A DNA stretch of 51,810 nt from an uncultured bacterium (GCA_964011795.1 CAXGQC010000001.1:1-51810); one strand, 5' to 3'; counted from the stretch's first letter, positions 7,251-16,289 are shown. The notes: a model not told the origin generated them from the letters alone. A program made the numbers and translations.

Positions 7251-8618
7251 TTACGACCAGTTGTCACCAACCAATTCGATACTTTTTTGCTCTGCCTTCC
7301 TGGAGAACTCCTCAGCAAAATATGAACAGAGACCCGTATATTGCTCTGGATCGAGCAGCTCAGAAATTGCGTTTGTGGTTAATCGTTCTTTTATGTCGGG
7401 CTCTTCTTGTAGTGTCTCTGTAAATGGCCTCCCCTCGTTAACAGATCTTTGCGCCGCTTCATAAACAACGTCGTGAGCCTTTTGCCGGCCCATTTCTCGG
7501 CCCAGTTCGAGCATGATTTTCTCAGAGAGTATTAATCCACCACTGAGTTCAAGATTCTGTCTCATCCGATCAGGGAAAACTTTGAGATCCGAAAATATCT
7601 CAATCAGTGCAGCGGTAATTTGTCCCATTAGTATGCATGTTCTATCGATAGCTGAGTTGATCATCATACTGGTGGTTTTATCAGCCTCGTGCTCAGTTTG
7701 CATCGCTTCCAGCGACATTGGTACGAATGTACGGATTTCTGACGCCCAAGCAACAACGTCCTGGCACAGACGTGGATTGCGCTTCTGAGGCATGGTTGAT
7801 GACCCAACTGCGCCCAGAGGCACAGGTTCTTCAACTTCACCGAACTCCTGTTTCATCATGGTATAGATTTCACGAGACATTTTGCTTGCGGTAGCAGCAA
7901 GCATGGCAAGAATAGTGATGTACTCCGTCAGATGATCGCCGATCACCCTAGACGGCATAGACATCGATCCTAATCCTAACTCCTCGCCAATTAGCCTTTG
8001 AGTCTCAAGACCCTCGAGACCGACCGAAGCCATCGTCCCTGCTCCTCCACCAAGCATCGCCACAAAGACTCGTTCCTCGCTCCCTTGCAGGCGCTCTACA
8101 TGTCGTATTAATTCGTCAATCCACACAGCTACTTTGTAGCCGAAGGTTGCCGGAACAGCATGCTGCCCGTGAGTCCTTCCAGGTAGGGCATAGTCCTTCG
8201 TCTCTTCTGCCAATCTACCGAGCACATGGAGCAGAGTCCCGAGATCCTTCAAAAACCTCTCATGACACTCTTTAACCAGCAGTATCTTGCCTGTCTGCGT
8301 GATGTTTTGAGTGGTGGCACCCCAGTGTATATACCCACCTGCTTCTTCACCGCAGATTCTGTCTAATTCCCAAATCAGCGGGACTAAGGGGTGTCCTGTT
8401 TTATCTAATCCGTCGTAAATATTTTGCAAATTTAGCAATTCAAGCTTTGCTCTTTCCGTTATCACACCAGCAGCCTCAGTCGGAATTATCCCTTGACTTG
8501 CCTGCGCTCGAGCGAGCGCCGCTTCGACGTCCAAATAAGACTGAAACAAATTGGATTCACTAAATAATTCACTCACAGAGTTACTATTACTATCCCCAGA
8601 AGATGTATTTCCTTGCAT
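7251..8618 (-). CDS. fumarate-lyase superfamily enzyme (adenylosuccinate lyase / 3-carboxymuconate cycloisomerase-like)
   Basis: Signature GSSTMPQKRNP is present. 455 aa. AAGGGGA SD before the ATG. Confidence 0.85.
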   Translation of the reverse strand: MQGNTSSGDSNSNSVSELFSESNLFQSYLDVEAALARAQASQGIIPTEAAGVITERAKLELLNLQNIYDGLDKTGHPLVPLIWELDRICGEEAGGYIHWGATTQNITQTGKILLVKECHERFLKDLGTLLHVLGRLAEETKDYALPGRTHGQHAVPATFGYKVAVWIDELIRHVERLQGSEERVFVAMLGGGAGTMASVGLEGLETQRLIGEELGLGSMSMPSRVIGDHLTEYITILAMLAATASKMSREIYTMMKQEFGEVEEPVPLGAVGSSTMPQKRNPRLCQDVVAWASEIRTFVPMSLEAMQTEHEADKTTSMMINSAIDRTCILMGQITAALIEIFSDLKVFPDRMRQNLELSGGLILSEKIMLELGREMGRQKAHDVVYEAAQRSVNEGRPFTETLQEEPDIKERLTTNAISELLDPEQYTGLCSYFAEEFSRKAEQKSIELVGDNWS

Positions 8619-8662
8619 GTGTCTTCCCCTTGTTAATCTGTGCTACCACTTTCTCTATTCCG

Positions 8663-8767
8663 TCACCAACTAAAAAACCAACCTGCTGCACGAATAATTA
8701 GTGAGAACGAGACAAGTAAGCCACCTATACCAAAAGTAATCGCTGCAAGTATCCGGAATATTTTCAT
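8663..8767 (-). CDS. mini-ORF, 34 aa single-TM peptide (MKIFRILAAITFGIGGLLVSFSLIIRAAGWFFSW)
   Basis: Hand-translated. It lies in the gap between the ADH and lyase genes on the same strand. Confidence 0.2.
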   Translation of the reverse strand: MKIFRILAAITFGIGGLLVSFSLIIRAAGWFFSW

Positions 8768-8782
8768 AGATATTATAAAAAA

Positions 8783-9799
8783 CTAAAACTTGATTACCAT
8801 TTGTATCTGATTTGAGGGCTTGATCAATGACTCAAAGGCTTCCTGTATGTCCTTGAGTTCGATCGTATCGGTATCAGACAATAAAGGTTCCAATACAAAT
8901 TTTTTAGAGGCAATCAGGTCTACCGCGACTTTAAAATCATATGGTTCACTGGCGAAGGTAGTGTTCAGCTGGATTTCTTTACCTGCCCAATCTACCGGCA
9001 ATAGTGGGACATCCTCCCACGCAAGAGCCACCAACATTACGTTGCCTTTTCTTCTCACCATATCCAGAGCATCATGCAGAGTAGGTTTCGCTGCGGCACA
9101 TTCATACACCACATGAGGACCGGCACCATCTGTTAGTTCAATGATGGCTTTTACCGGGTCTTGGGAAGTTGGATCTACCACTGCGTCAGCACCCAGCTCC
9201 AAAGCCACAGATCGTCTGGCTTCGGACGGTTCGGAGACAATAACTTTGGTCGCGCCAGCCGCTTTCGCAGCCTGCAAGCATAAAAGCCCTATCGGACCCG
9301 CCCCCAATACTGCAACGGTATCTCCTAGTTTCTGATTCGATAGTCTGACCGCCCTCGTCACTATGGCACATGGCTCCGCCAAAGCACCCTCCAAATTTGA
9401 TACCTGATCAGGCAGTCTGAGTGGTTCCCATTCCTTAGCAACCGTGTATTCCGCATATCCCCGAGTTCGAGTATTGGTAATGCCCTCAAGACGATAGTTG
9501 TACTGGTCTTGCCTTCTTAGAGGGGATTCCTTACCTGGAGGTGGAGTCCCACCAAGGCCAATCACTCGGTCGCCTACCTTAAACCGGGTTACATCTGAAC
9601 CGACTTTGGAAATTTCTCCGGCGAATTCATGTCCCAACACCGTGTCGGGCGGAGCTATGTCATACAGATATACGTGCACATCTGTGCCACATATCGCACT
9701 GTGCGAAATCTTGATCTGCACTTCATCTGATTGCGGCTCGGGAGTAGGAATTTCTTCCACAACTAAATTCTGTTTACTTTTATACACTGCAGCTCTCAT
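8783..9799 (-). CDS. zinc-dependent alcohol dehydrogenase (MDR family)
   Basis: Motifs CGTDVH, GHEFAGEI and the Rossmann loop GAGPIGL. 338 aa. Confidence 0.9.
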   Translation of the reverse strand: MRAAVYKSKQNLVVEEIPTPEPQSDEVQIKISHSAICGTDVHVYLYDIAPPDTVLGHEFAGEISKVGSDVTRFKVGDRVIGLGGTPPPGKESPLRRQDQYNYRLEGITNTRTRGYAEYTVAKEWEPLRLPDQVSNLEGALAEPCAIVTRAVRLSNQKLGDTVAVLGAGPIGLLCLQAAKAAGATKVIVSEPSEARRSVALELGADAVVDPTSQDPVKAIIELTDGAGPHVVYECAAAKPTLHDALDMVRRKGNVMLVALAWEDVPLLPVDWAGKEIQLNTTFASEPYDFKVAVDLIASKKFVLEPLLSDTDTIELKDIQEAFESLIKPSNQIQMVIKF

Positions 9800-10308
9800 T
9801 TTTCCTCCTCATTAACTTCTACTCCGTCGAATAAGTCGGGCAGCACTCCCTTTTCACCTTCGCTGGAAATACGATCGATCAACGCATCGATTTTATTCTG
9901 AAACTCTTGTGGAAATGCGTTCCGTGCCTCGGAAAAGAATTCGCGGGTCCCCTTCTGCGAAAATAATCCATAGTAGAGCTCGTCCATGTCATATCCTATG
10001 GAATCCTCGTACTCTCCCATGTTCATCCAAGAGGTCATCATCCCTGTAGCGAGCCAAAAAAATTGTTGTTTCTCTTTTTGATCCAAAGACTGATAATCCA
10101 CTTGACCCCGTATAAAAAGATCACTTAGTTCACGATCTTTTCCCATAGCACTACGATACGTATCGAGTCTGCTCTGAATTCGCATAGTTATATCTTTTTG
10201 AGAATCTCTATGCTGTAAACGCAACTGACTTGCAAGAAACACTGCGACTCCAAGGGTAGCGATACCGGTTATGATTTGCGCTGTGATCGCAACCTGCTCC
10301 CAGTCCAT
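9796..10308 (-). CDS. P-family copy 2: TM-anchored protein, unknown function
   Basis: N-terminus MDWEQVAITAQIITGIATLGVAVFLASQLRLQHRDS. Its stop overlaps the ADH start codon (4-nt overlap). Confidence 0.8.
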   Translation of the reverse strand: MDWEQVAITAQIITGIATLGVAVFLASQLRLQHRDSQKDITMRIQSRLDTYRSAMGKDRELSDLFIRGQVDYQSLDQKEKQQFFWLATGMMTSWMNMGEYEDSIGYDMDELYYGLFSQKGTREFFSEARNAFPQEFQNKIDALIDRISSEGEKGVLPDLFDGVEVNEEEK

Positions 10309-10400
10309 GACTGTATCCCTTCATCGCCAGATGAGGGTAGCTGTTTTTGAAGTGATTTGTAACAAATCGAGAGCACTGAATAATTAGGAGCGCCGGCTAT

Positions 10401-10559
10401 CTAATCTTCTTTTGTTTCCAAAGAGTCGAGGAAAATAACTGTAGCAATACCAGCAACAAGGCCAATAATGGTGCTTGGGACCGTACCTCCACCTGCGAAA
10501 GTAACGATACTAAAGTTGACGACCATCCCTACAACTACGCCGATAACTAGATTTCGCAT
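10401..10559 (-). CDS. mini-ORF, 52 aa, two-TM Gly-rich peptide (MRNLVIGVVVGMVVNFSIVTFAGGGTVPSTIIGLVAGIATVIFLDSLETKED)
   Basis: Hand-translated. It sits between S2 and P2 on the same strand. Confidence 0.35.
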   Translation of the reverse strand: MRNLVIGVVVGMVVNFSIVTFAGGGTVPSTIIGLVAGIATVIFLDSLETKED

Positions 10560-10584
10560 AACTCATTCTAGCTCTTATGGAAAT

Positions 10585-10878
10585 CTAATTCGCTCCCCAA
10601 AAACCTTGATCTTTCCGAAGTTGAACTAAGTCCTTCACTGGAAGTACTTCCACAGGGCCCATACCAAGATGAAAATCAAACAGTGATTCCACATCCTCGA
10701 ATGTATCGGCCTCAACCACGGAGAAAACACGATGCGACACTGGATATCCCCATACTCCGAGAATGTTCACCTTGTCATTTCCCTCAACCCAGGTCATCCC
10801 AGACTTTGCAAAACCTGGCCCTTCCTTCACCCTGTTACAGGTACTGTGGTCATGTTGTGCAATTACATGAAAAATCAT
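10585..10878 (-). CDS. S-family copy 2: ~100-aa protein with HVIAQHDHSTC motif
   Basis: The ATG at 10878 has a perfect AAGGAGG SD, and the product aligns with S1 from residue 1 (MIFHVIA). The longer 10905 start is not supported. Confidence 0.8.
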   Translation of the reverse strand: MIFHVIAQHDHSTCNRVKEGPGFAKSGMTWVEGNDKVNILGVWGYPVSHRVFSVVEADTFEDVESLFDFHLGMGPVEVLPVKDLVQLRKDQGFWGAN

Positions 10879-11050
10879 GTATACCTCCTTCATCATCCCT
10901 GTCACGCGCGGAATCTATGGTCTACACCACCAACACCCCGATGCTCAAACTTGACAAATTTTGTCAGGTTTACAAGACTATATCGGAAAACCCAAACTTG
11001 AACGAAAATCACGTGGGTTTGGAAAAAGCACAATTTGCAAAGGAGACGCA

Positions 11051-11458
11051 ATGTTAGGTGAAAAAGTAGGTAATATATCTGGTCCAACAGCGGTAAAGGC
11101 CCTTCCGGCTACAAACGGGAATCCTACGTTTGAAACGACCGCAGCCGGGCTCAGCGGCACACTCGCTGGCGTCGAAGTACAAAGCTTTGCTACATATTCG
11201 GCAGAGATGAAACCAAATGGCAAACTTTACGGTGAATGTCCTAATGCAGGCGTAGTGATGACAGCAGATGGAGTTGCGACCTTTCGAGCGACCGGGGTGG
11301 GACAATTCATGGAAGATGGTAGTGCCGTCTTTAAGGGCGTTGTCTACTTTGAAGCGTCTGCTCCCTCTCTGGCTTCTATAGATGGAATTGCCGTGGTGTA
11401 TGACTGGGTAGTCGATCCACAGGGGAACGCTACTTGGGATCTATGGGAGTGGAAATAA
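11051..11458 (+). CDS. 135-aa Gly/Val/Thr-rich (beta-rich) protein, unknown function
   Basis: AAGGAGA SD 5 nt before the ATG at 11051. A strong hairpin follows the stop. Confidence 0.65.
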   Translation: MLGEKVGNISGPTAVKALPATNGNPTFETTAAGLSGTLAGVEVQSFATYSAEMKPNGKLYGECPNAGVVMTADGVATFRATGVGQFMEDGSAVFKGVVYFEASAPSLASIDGIAVVYDWVVDPQGNATWDLWEWK

Positions 11459-11471
11459 CCCATATTTATCA

Positions 11472-11513
11472 TTGGTGAGAGATCGCCATCAAATGATGGC
11501 GATCTCTCACCAA
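11472..11513 (+). terminator. perfect 19-bp stem hairpin (TTGGTGAGAGATCGCCATC-AAAT-GATGGCGATCTCTCACCAA)
   Basis: Read directly from the sequence, 14 nt after the stop of 11051..11458. The downstream T-tract is weak. Confidence 0.5.
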
Positions 11514-11628
11514 GCAGTGCTCTTTATCTGAATACGCTCAATTTACTCTATTCAAAATATGACTCACTTACTCCCACGATCTATAATTGACTTAGAAGCG
11601 CACGCAGCAAAGACCGTAATGAGACGAT

Positions 11629-12021
11629 ATGGCTATTACACCAGAACAAGCACTACGGGAATCTGTTGAGGCTATCGGGACGAGCAAGAAGAAAAAATAT
11701 AGAGATACTATTCATCCTCCTGTACATCAGATTATTGTCTCTGACTTCGAGGATCGACGATTTGATGAATCAAATATACCGGAGTACATGTCTGATATTT
11801 GGGAGGAATATTTGCCGGATTGGGCCGGCAGCACTTGCACCTTGGACTCTTTCGAAATAATTATTCAGGACTCGTTGAAAGTCGCATATCTAATTAAAGC
11901 AAGTCGCTTATTTCCTGATGGGTCGCTAATGCAAACATTCAACGCGATTTTCACCGTTGGTAATAAAGACGGGGATTGGAGACTCATCAGTCGAAATCCC
12001 TTCAACATCACCAAGGCGTAA
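11629..12021 (+). CDS. NTF2/SnoaL-like small protein (tentative)
   Basis: 130 aa. Size and C-terminal pattern (GDWRLISR) resemble the cone-like alpha+beta NTF2 fold. Weak call. Confidence 0.5.
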   Translation: MAITPEQALRESVEAIGTSKKKKYRDTIHPPVHQIIVSDFEDRRFDESNIPEYMSDIWEEYLPDWAGSTCTLDSFEIIIQDSLKVAYLIKASRLFPDGSLMQTFNAIFTVGNKDGDWRLISRNPFNITKA

Positions 12022-13210
12022 ACCTATTTTCCCAAAACTAACAGGGTTACGGCTTCTCTCACTGTGGTGGATATTTCGATGGGCATCTCTTGGTGAAGCG
12101 ATATGGTCTGTTTATCTAATAGAACAGCGCGGATTGAGCTTGGGAACGGTACTTGCATTCGAGGCGGCTTGGTGGATATTCGTAATCTCACTTGAAGTAC
12201 CAACTGGGTTAATTACTGACCGCTGGGGACGAAAGAAATCATTAGTTACTGGATCAATCCTTGGAACATTGGGTTTCCTCGTTTTTGGTTTCTCAGCGAG
12301 TCCGTTTCTTCTTTTGTTTGCGTATCTGATTTGGGGTTTAGGGGACACTTTCATATCTGGTACTGATTCAGCATTCTTGTTTGAAAAACTGAAAAACAGA
12401 GGCGAAGAACACCGATATGCGCAGTACGAAGGTTGGCTGAATGCCGGTGCACTAGTAGTTATTGCAACCACAACCGCCCTTGGACCTCTACTACTGATTT
12501 GGACATCACTCGCAGTACCCTTCATCCTCACATCAATTTTTGGAGTGCTGCTAATCGCCGTGTCGCTATCGCTGAAAGAACCCGAAGATCTGCAGGATGG
12601 CACCACTGACGAATCTTATTCCAAAGGTTTTAGATCAGCTATTGGAATCATAACCACACCAGCGGTCGCGGGAATTGTATGCCTCAAAGCCATTCCGGAA
12701 ATGTCCTTGGCGATACTGCTACTGACGCTTCCAAAAACACTCGCAAATTATGGCCTCAGCACCTACGAATTCGGATGGTGGATGGCGCTAATTTTCCTAT
12801 TAATGGCGGGGACCTCAATATTCGCTGGTCGTGCCACAAAACTTTTCTCTATCTGGCAGTGGTTAGGACTGGCAGGGATCGCCTCAGCAGCTGCATTTAT
12901 CTTGTCCACCGGCTCCTCGCTTTGGTTATTTCCTCTATGTGTTTTGCCTGCCCTATTCCTACCGGTTACAGAACCGCATGTCCATCAATTCTTGGCCGAC
13001 AGAACGGACGTAGCCAATCGAGCCACAACACTCTCAGTCGCCAACGCTACTATGTCGATTGTTATTGCCACATCTATATTCGGCGGAGCCTGGATTATGG
13101 ACGAGTTCGGATTCCTCACCGCTATGAGAATTTTCGCCTGTGCCACAGCCGTATTGTTAGTCATTGGGTTTGCATTTTGGTCCCTTGACCGACAAAACTA
13201 CGCGCGATGA
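11957..13210 (+). CDS. MFS transporter
   Basis: About 12 predicted TM segments and the loop 2-3 motif GLITDRWGRKK. The start is uncertain: the only ATG overlaps the upstream gene by 65 nt. Confidence 0.8.
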   Translation: MVIKTGIGDSSVEIPSTSPRRKPIFPKLTGLRLLSLWWIFRWASLGEAIWSVYLIEQRGLSLGTVLAFEAAWWIFVISLEVPTGLITDRWGRKKSLVTGSILGTLGFLVFGFSASPFLLLFAYLIWGLGDTFISGTDSAFLFEKLKNRGEEHRYAQYEGWLNAGALVVIATTTALGPLLLIWTSLAVPFILTSIFGVLLIAVSLSLKEPEDLQDGTTDESYSKGFRSAIGIITTPAVAGIVCLKAIPEMSLAILLLTLPKTLANYGLSTYEFGWWMALIFLLMAGTSIFAGRATKLFSIWQWLGLAGIASAAAFILSTGSSLWLFPLCVLPALFLPVTEPHVHQFLADRTDVANRATTLSVANATMSIVIATSIFGGAWIMDEFGFLTAMRIFACATAVLLVIGFAFWSLDRQNYAR

Positions 13211-13279
13211 TCCCTTGAAGCAGATGTACCCCTACCATGGGCATGAAGCAGCAAGGCGTTAATCGAGGAGAAAAACCAA

Positions 13280-14311
13280 ATGCTTGAGAGCGTACAGTTA
13301 GGGACAAGCGGACTAAGTGTCTCGCAACTATGTCTCGGAACAATGAATTTTGGAATTCCCGGACGAGGACATCAGGGTGATTGGACATTAACGCTCGACG
13401 AAGCTCGGCCAATCTTCAAGGCTGCACTCGATCACGGTCTATATTATTTTGACTGTGCGGATGTCTACGGGCTCGGCGCTTCCGAAGAAGTAGTTGGAGC
13501 CTTACTCAATGAACTTCTTCCCCGAGATGAATATGTGCTCGCTACAAAAATAGCCCAACCAATGGGAAGGGGAGCAAATCAAGGCGGACTTTCCCGTAAG
13601 CATGTTATGGAAGGTGTGGATGCCTGTTTAAAAAGACTTGGACATGACTATATAGATCATTTAGTGATCCATCGCCACCCACATGGAATACGGGGCCAGC
13701 ATGCCGAAGTGCCCATCGAGGAGACTATGGAAGCGCTGAATGACGTGGTGAAGGCTGGAAAAGTCCTGTATCTTGGTGCATCTTCCATGTTTGCGTGGCA
13801 ATTTGCTGAACTCCAACTCACTGCTGAACTGCACGGATGGCAAAAGTTTGTCTCCATGCAGAATCATTACAATCTGGTTTATCGAGAAGAAGAGCGGGAA
13901 ATGAACCCGTATTGTGAAAAATCAGGCGTTGCGCTCACTCCTTGGTCACCACTGGCCCGAGGTATCCTCGCGGGCGCTTACAAAGGCGGATTTGAGTCGG
14001 GAAGTACTAACCGATCTCAGGGACAGGACAGAGCCCGTACTGAGGGTCTGTATCACGGCGATCATGTGTTTCCTATTGCTGAACGAGTGGGGGAAATAGC
14101 GAGCAAGTACGAAAAGACTTCAGCCCAGATTGCGCTCGCATGGTTAGCAAATAAGTCAGAGATCACAGCTCCAATTGTTGGGGTGTCGAAGTTAAAACAA
14201 CTCGATGAACTAGTCGACTCAATGAGCATCAACCTCGACCAAGAAGATATTGACTACCTAGAGGAACTCTACAATCCAGTTGAAAACTTACTTTCATTTG
14301 GCTATTCATAG
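13280..14311 (+). CDS. aldo/keto reductase
   Basis: N-terminus LGTSGLSVSQLCLGTMNFG...FDCADVYG, 343 aa. GGAG SD upstream. Confidence 0.9.
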   Translation: MLESVQLGTSGLSVSQLCLGTMNFGIPGRGHQGDWTLTLDEARPIFKAALDHGLYYFDCADVYGLGASEEVVGALLNELLPRDEYVLATKIAQPMGRGANQGGLSRKHVMEGVDACLKRLGHDYIDHLVIHRHPHGIRGQHAEVPIEETMEALNDVVKAGKVLYLGASSMFAWQFAELQLTAELHGWQKFVSMQNHYNLVYREEEREMNPYCEKSGVALTPWSPLARGILAGAYKGGFESGSTNRSQGQDRARTEGLYHGDHVFPIAERVGEIASKYEKTSAQIALAWLANKSEITAPIVGVSKLKQLDELVDSMSINLDQEDIDYLEELYNPVENLLSFGYS

Positions 14312-14369
14312 GAATAGTAGATTCGCTACCTGATAGTTATTTTCCGCATCAGATCATGATTCGCTCGAC

Positions 14370-14861
14370 TTATATCTCGGATAGTGAGAGATCCACTTCT
14401 CTGCCGGCAAACTTTTGAAACACTGAATCACCTATCGCACGCAAAGCATCATCATAGAGAAAAGTCCGGCCTCGTAGCTCATAGTATTGGCGCATTCCTC
14501 GTCGATCAAAAAGCAATCCAAATTGTATTTTCACCCGATCTGTACTGGCGCCATCTCGTCCAAGACGCCAGAGGGATCCTGACATTAGAAACATTTGCTG
14601 GTAGATCACGTCCACACGGAACTTATCTGATGGTGAGAGACCAACGAAATCTTCATTACCTCTCACCATCGCTTCTGCCAGCGAAGCATCTGCAACGGTG
14701 GCTAGCAGCAAATTCTCCTGTCGGTTCTCAGAGGCAAATGTCAATTCCCGTTGCGCATCCTGGTGCTGCAGCCTCAACTGACTCGCCAAAAATATCGCGA
14801 CTGCGAGAGTTGCAAACCCACTGGCAATTTGAGCAACTATCGCTATTTGATCCCAGTCCAT
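14370..14861 (-). CDS. P-family copy 3: TM-anchored protein, unknown function
   Basis: The start at 14861 gives MDWDQIAIVAQIASGFATLAVAIFLASQLRLQHQDA, matching the paralogue starts. Confidence 0.75.
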   Translation of the reverse strand: MDWDQIAIVAQIASGFATLAVAIFLASQLRLQHQDAQRELTFASENRQENLLLATVADASLAEAMVRGNEDFVGLSPSDKFRVDVIYQQMFLMSGSLWRLGRDGASTDRVKIQFGLLFDRRGMRQYYELRGRTFLYDDALRAIGDSVFQKFAGREVDLSLSEI

Positions 14862-14999
14862 TAATTTCCCTTTCAGTGCAGAAACAGGATACCTGCAGCC
14901 CAATAATCATGCGTCAAACAACACTTGCGCATTAAGTGTTTTCGCGTAGAGTCGATCATGGAGAAGCCAGACCACGGAAAAATTATTATGGAGGTGGAA

Positions 15000-15497
15000 A
15001 TGCTTCTCAAAGCACGCGTTTTTATAGTCTCTTTACTGTTGGTAGCCCTAATGGCCTGTGGCTCAGAATCAACAGAACCTGCAAAATCAAGCTCTTCGAC
15101 TAGTTCAAGTGAAACTACCGCGGTGTCTGCCGCACAGCCAGCTTGCGATGCTGAACTAACAGTCGAATTGGCAAATGACGGACCGTACGCTATTACCGCA
15201 CCCGAGAGCTTCCAAGGGGATTGTGAGATGACTCTGGCTATCAAAAATTATGCCGTCTTAGTCCATAATTTCAGAATCCTCAAGACCAGTCTTGCACTCG
15301 ATGCTTTGCCAATCGACGAAGCAACTGCGATGGTCGATATCGAAGCTGCTGGTGAGATTCTTTATTCCTCTGGTGATTTAGAACAAGAAGCCACGGAGAC
15401 TGGCACGGTGAGTCTCGATTCTGGAGAGTATGTCCTGTTTTGTAACATCGCGGGGCACTATCAGCTTGGTATGGTGAAGAGCTTCACTGTCAATTAG
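15000..15497 (+). CDS. type-1 copper (cupredoxin) lipoprotein, auracyanin-like
   Basis: GGAGGTGG SD before the ATG at 15000. Lipobox LVALMACGS and a Ser/Thr-rich linker. Copper ligand pattern H (LVHNF) ... C-x4-H-x4-M (FCNIAGHYQLGM). Confidence 0.8.
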   Translation: MLLKARVFIVSLLLVALMACGSESTEPAKSSSSTSSSETTAVSAAQPACDAELTVELANDGPYAITAPESFQGDCEMTLAIKNYAVLVHNFRILKTSLALDALPIDEATAMVDIEAAGEILYSSGDLEQEATETGTVSLDSGEYVLFCNIAGHYQLGMVKSFTVN

Positions 15498-15702
15498 TAG
15501 TCCAGCCTGGACCTCACGAGATATGATTTGTTGATGAGTGGTAGACGATTAGGCAAAAAAACAGGACCTGGAGCAACAAAAAAAGTTGCTCCAGCATCGG
15601 AATCGTCGAGGTCTAACCTCGGAGAGTTGCCGGATTATGCGGCGAAAAACATCGATCTTGAAGAAGATATGTTTCAGAAACCGAATGAATAGCGGAAACC
15701 AG

Positions 15703-16146
15703 TCAGTCCTGCTGTCTCTTAGCTATTTGTGCGCGAAGCCCTGATAGGTTTCTGCGCCAAATCATACCCAAAATGGGTTTTGCGAATATCTCACCAATTG
15801 GTCCACCAAAGACAGCAGGGAGTTTCAGTTCCTCAACCCAGGCGAATCTCGTTCCCGTCGCAATGGGCGACAGCGTGAACACACCTTCACCGGTGACTAG
15901 GCCTTCATGTCTTACGCCCATCATTCGGTTGGGGGCCCACCCAGTGATCTCCATCTTGTCGAGCGTACGAAGCGGGCCAACCCCTGTCAGACAGTCAAAA
16001 GTTGTTCCAATTCCCTCTTTGCTTGTAGATGTAATATCGATACTGAGAGCATCATGCATCCAGTCAGTATGACTGGTGATATCCCGCAGGTATGCCCAGA
16101 CATTTTCCGGGCTGTCTGGCAAATCGGTCGAAACAAAAATCTTCAT
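15703..16146 (-). CDS. SRPBCC (START/polyketide cyclase-like) family protein
   Basis: 147 aa. The N-terminus ...PENVWAYLRDITSHTDWM is typical of SRPBCC ligand-binding proteins. Confidence 0.7.
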   Translation of the reverse strand: MKIFVSTDLPDSPENVWAYLRDITSHTDWMHDALSIDITSTSKEGIGTTFDCLTGVGPLRTLDKMEITGWAPNRMMGVRHEGLVTGEGVFTLSPIATGTRFAWVEELKLPAVFGGPIGEIFAKPILGMIWRRNLSGLRAQIAKRQQD

Positions 16147-16289
16147 AACTTATGGCCCCGCTCAATCTAACAAAAAACTCGAATTGATCTCATCTTACGC
16201 GTATCAATCTTAGTGACCAGCCTCTTCTTCTTGTATGATTGAACGACTTTCCTGAGTGGTCTGATCCAGTCCCTTGAGTTAGTTGTAAG

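Noticed and set aside
10879-10905. Longer start for S2 (MTGMMKEVY-MIFHV...), and similarly the longer start at 10961 for the 135-aa gene
   Set aside because: The internal ATGs at 10878 and 11051 each have strong AAGGAG-type SD sequences. The S2 short form aligns with S1 from residue 1.
15534-15692. 52-aa hydrophilic ORF (MSGRRLGKKTGPGATKKV...) after the cupredoxin gene, containing the hairpin GGAGCAAC-A7-GTTGCTCC
   Set aside because: It has no SD, low-complexity basic/acidic composition and no supporting context. The hairpin may simply be the cupredoxin terminator. There is not enough evidence to call either.
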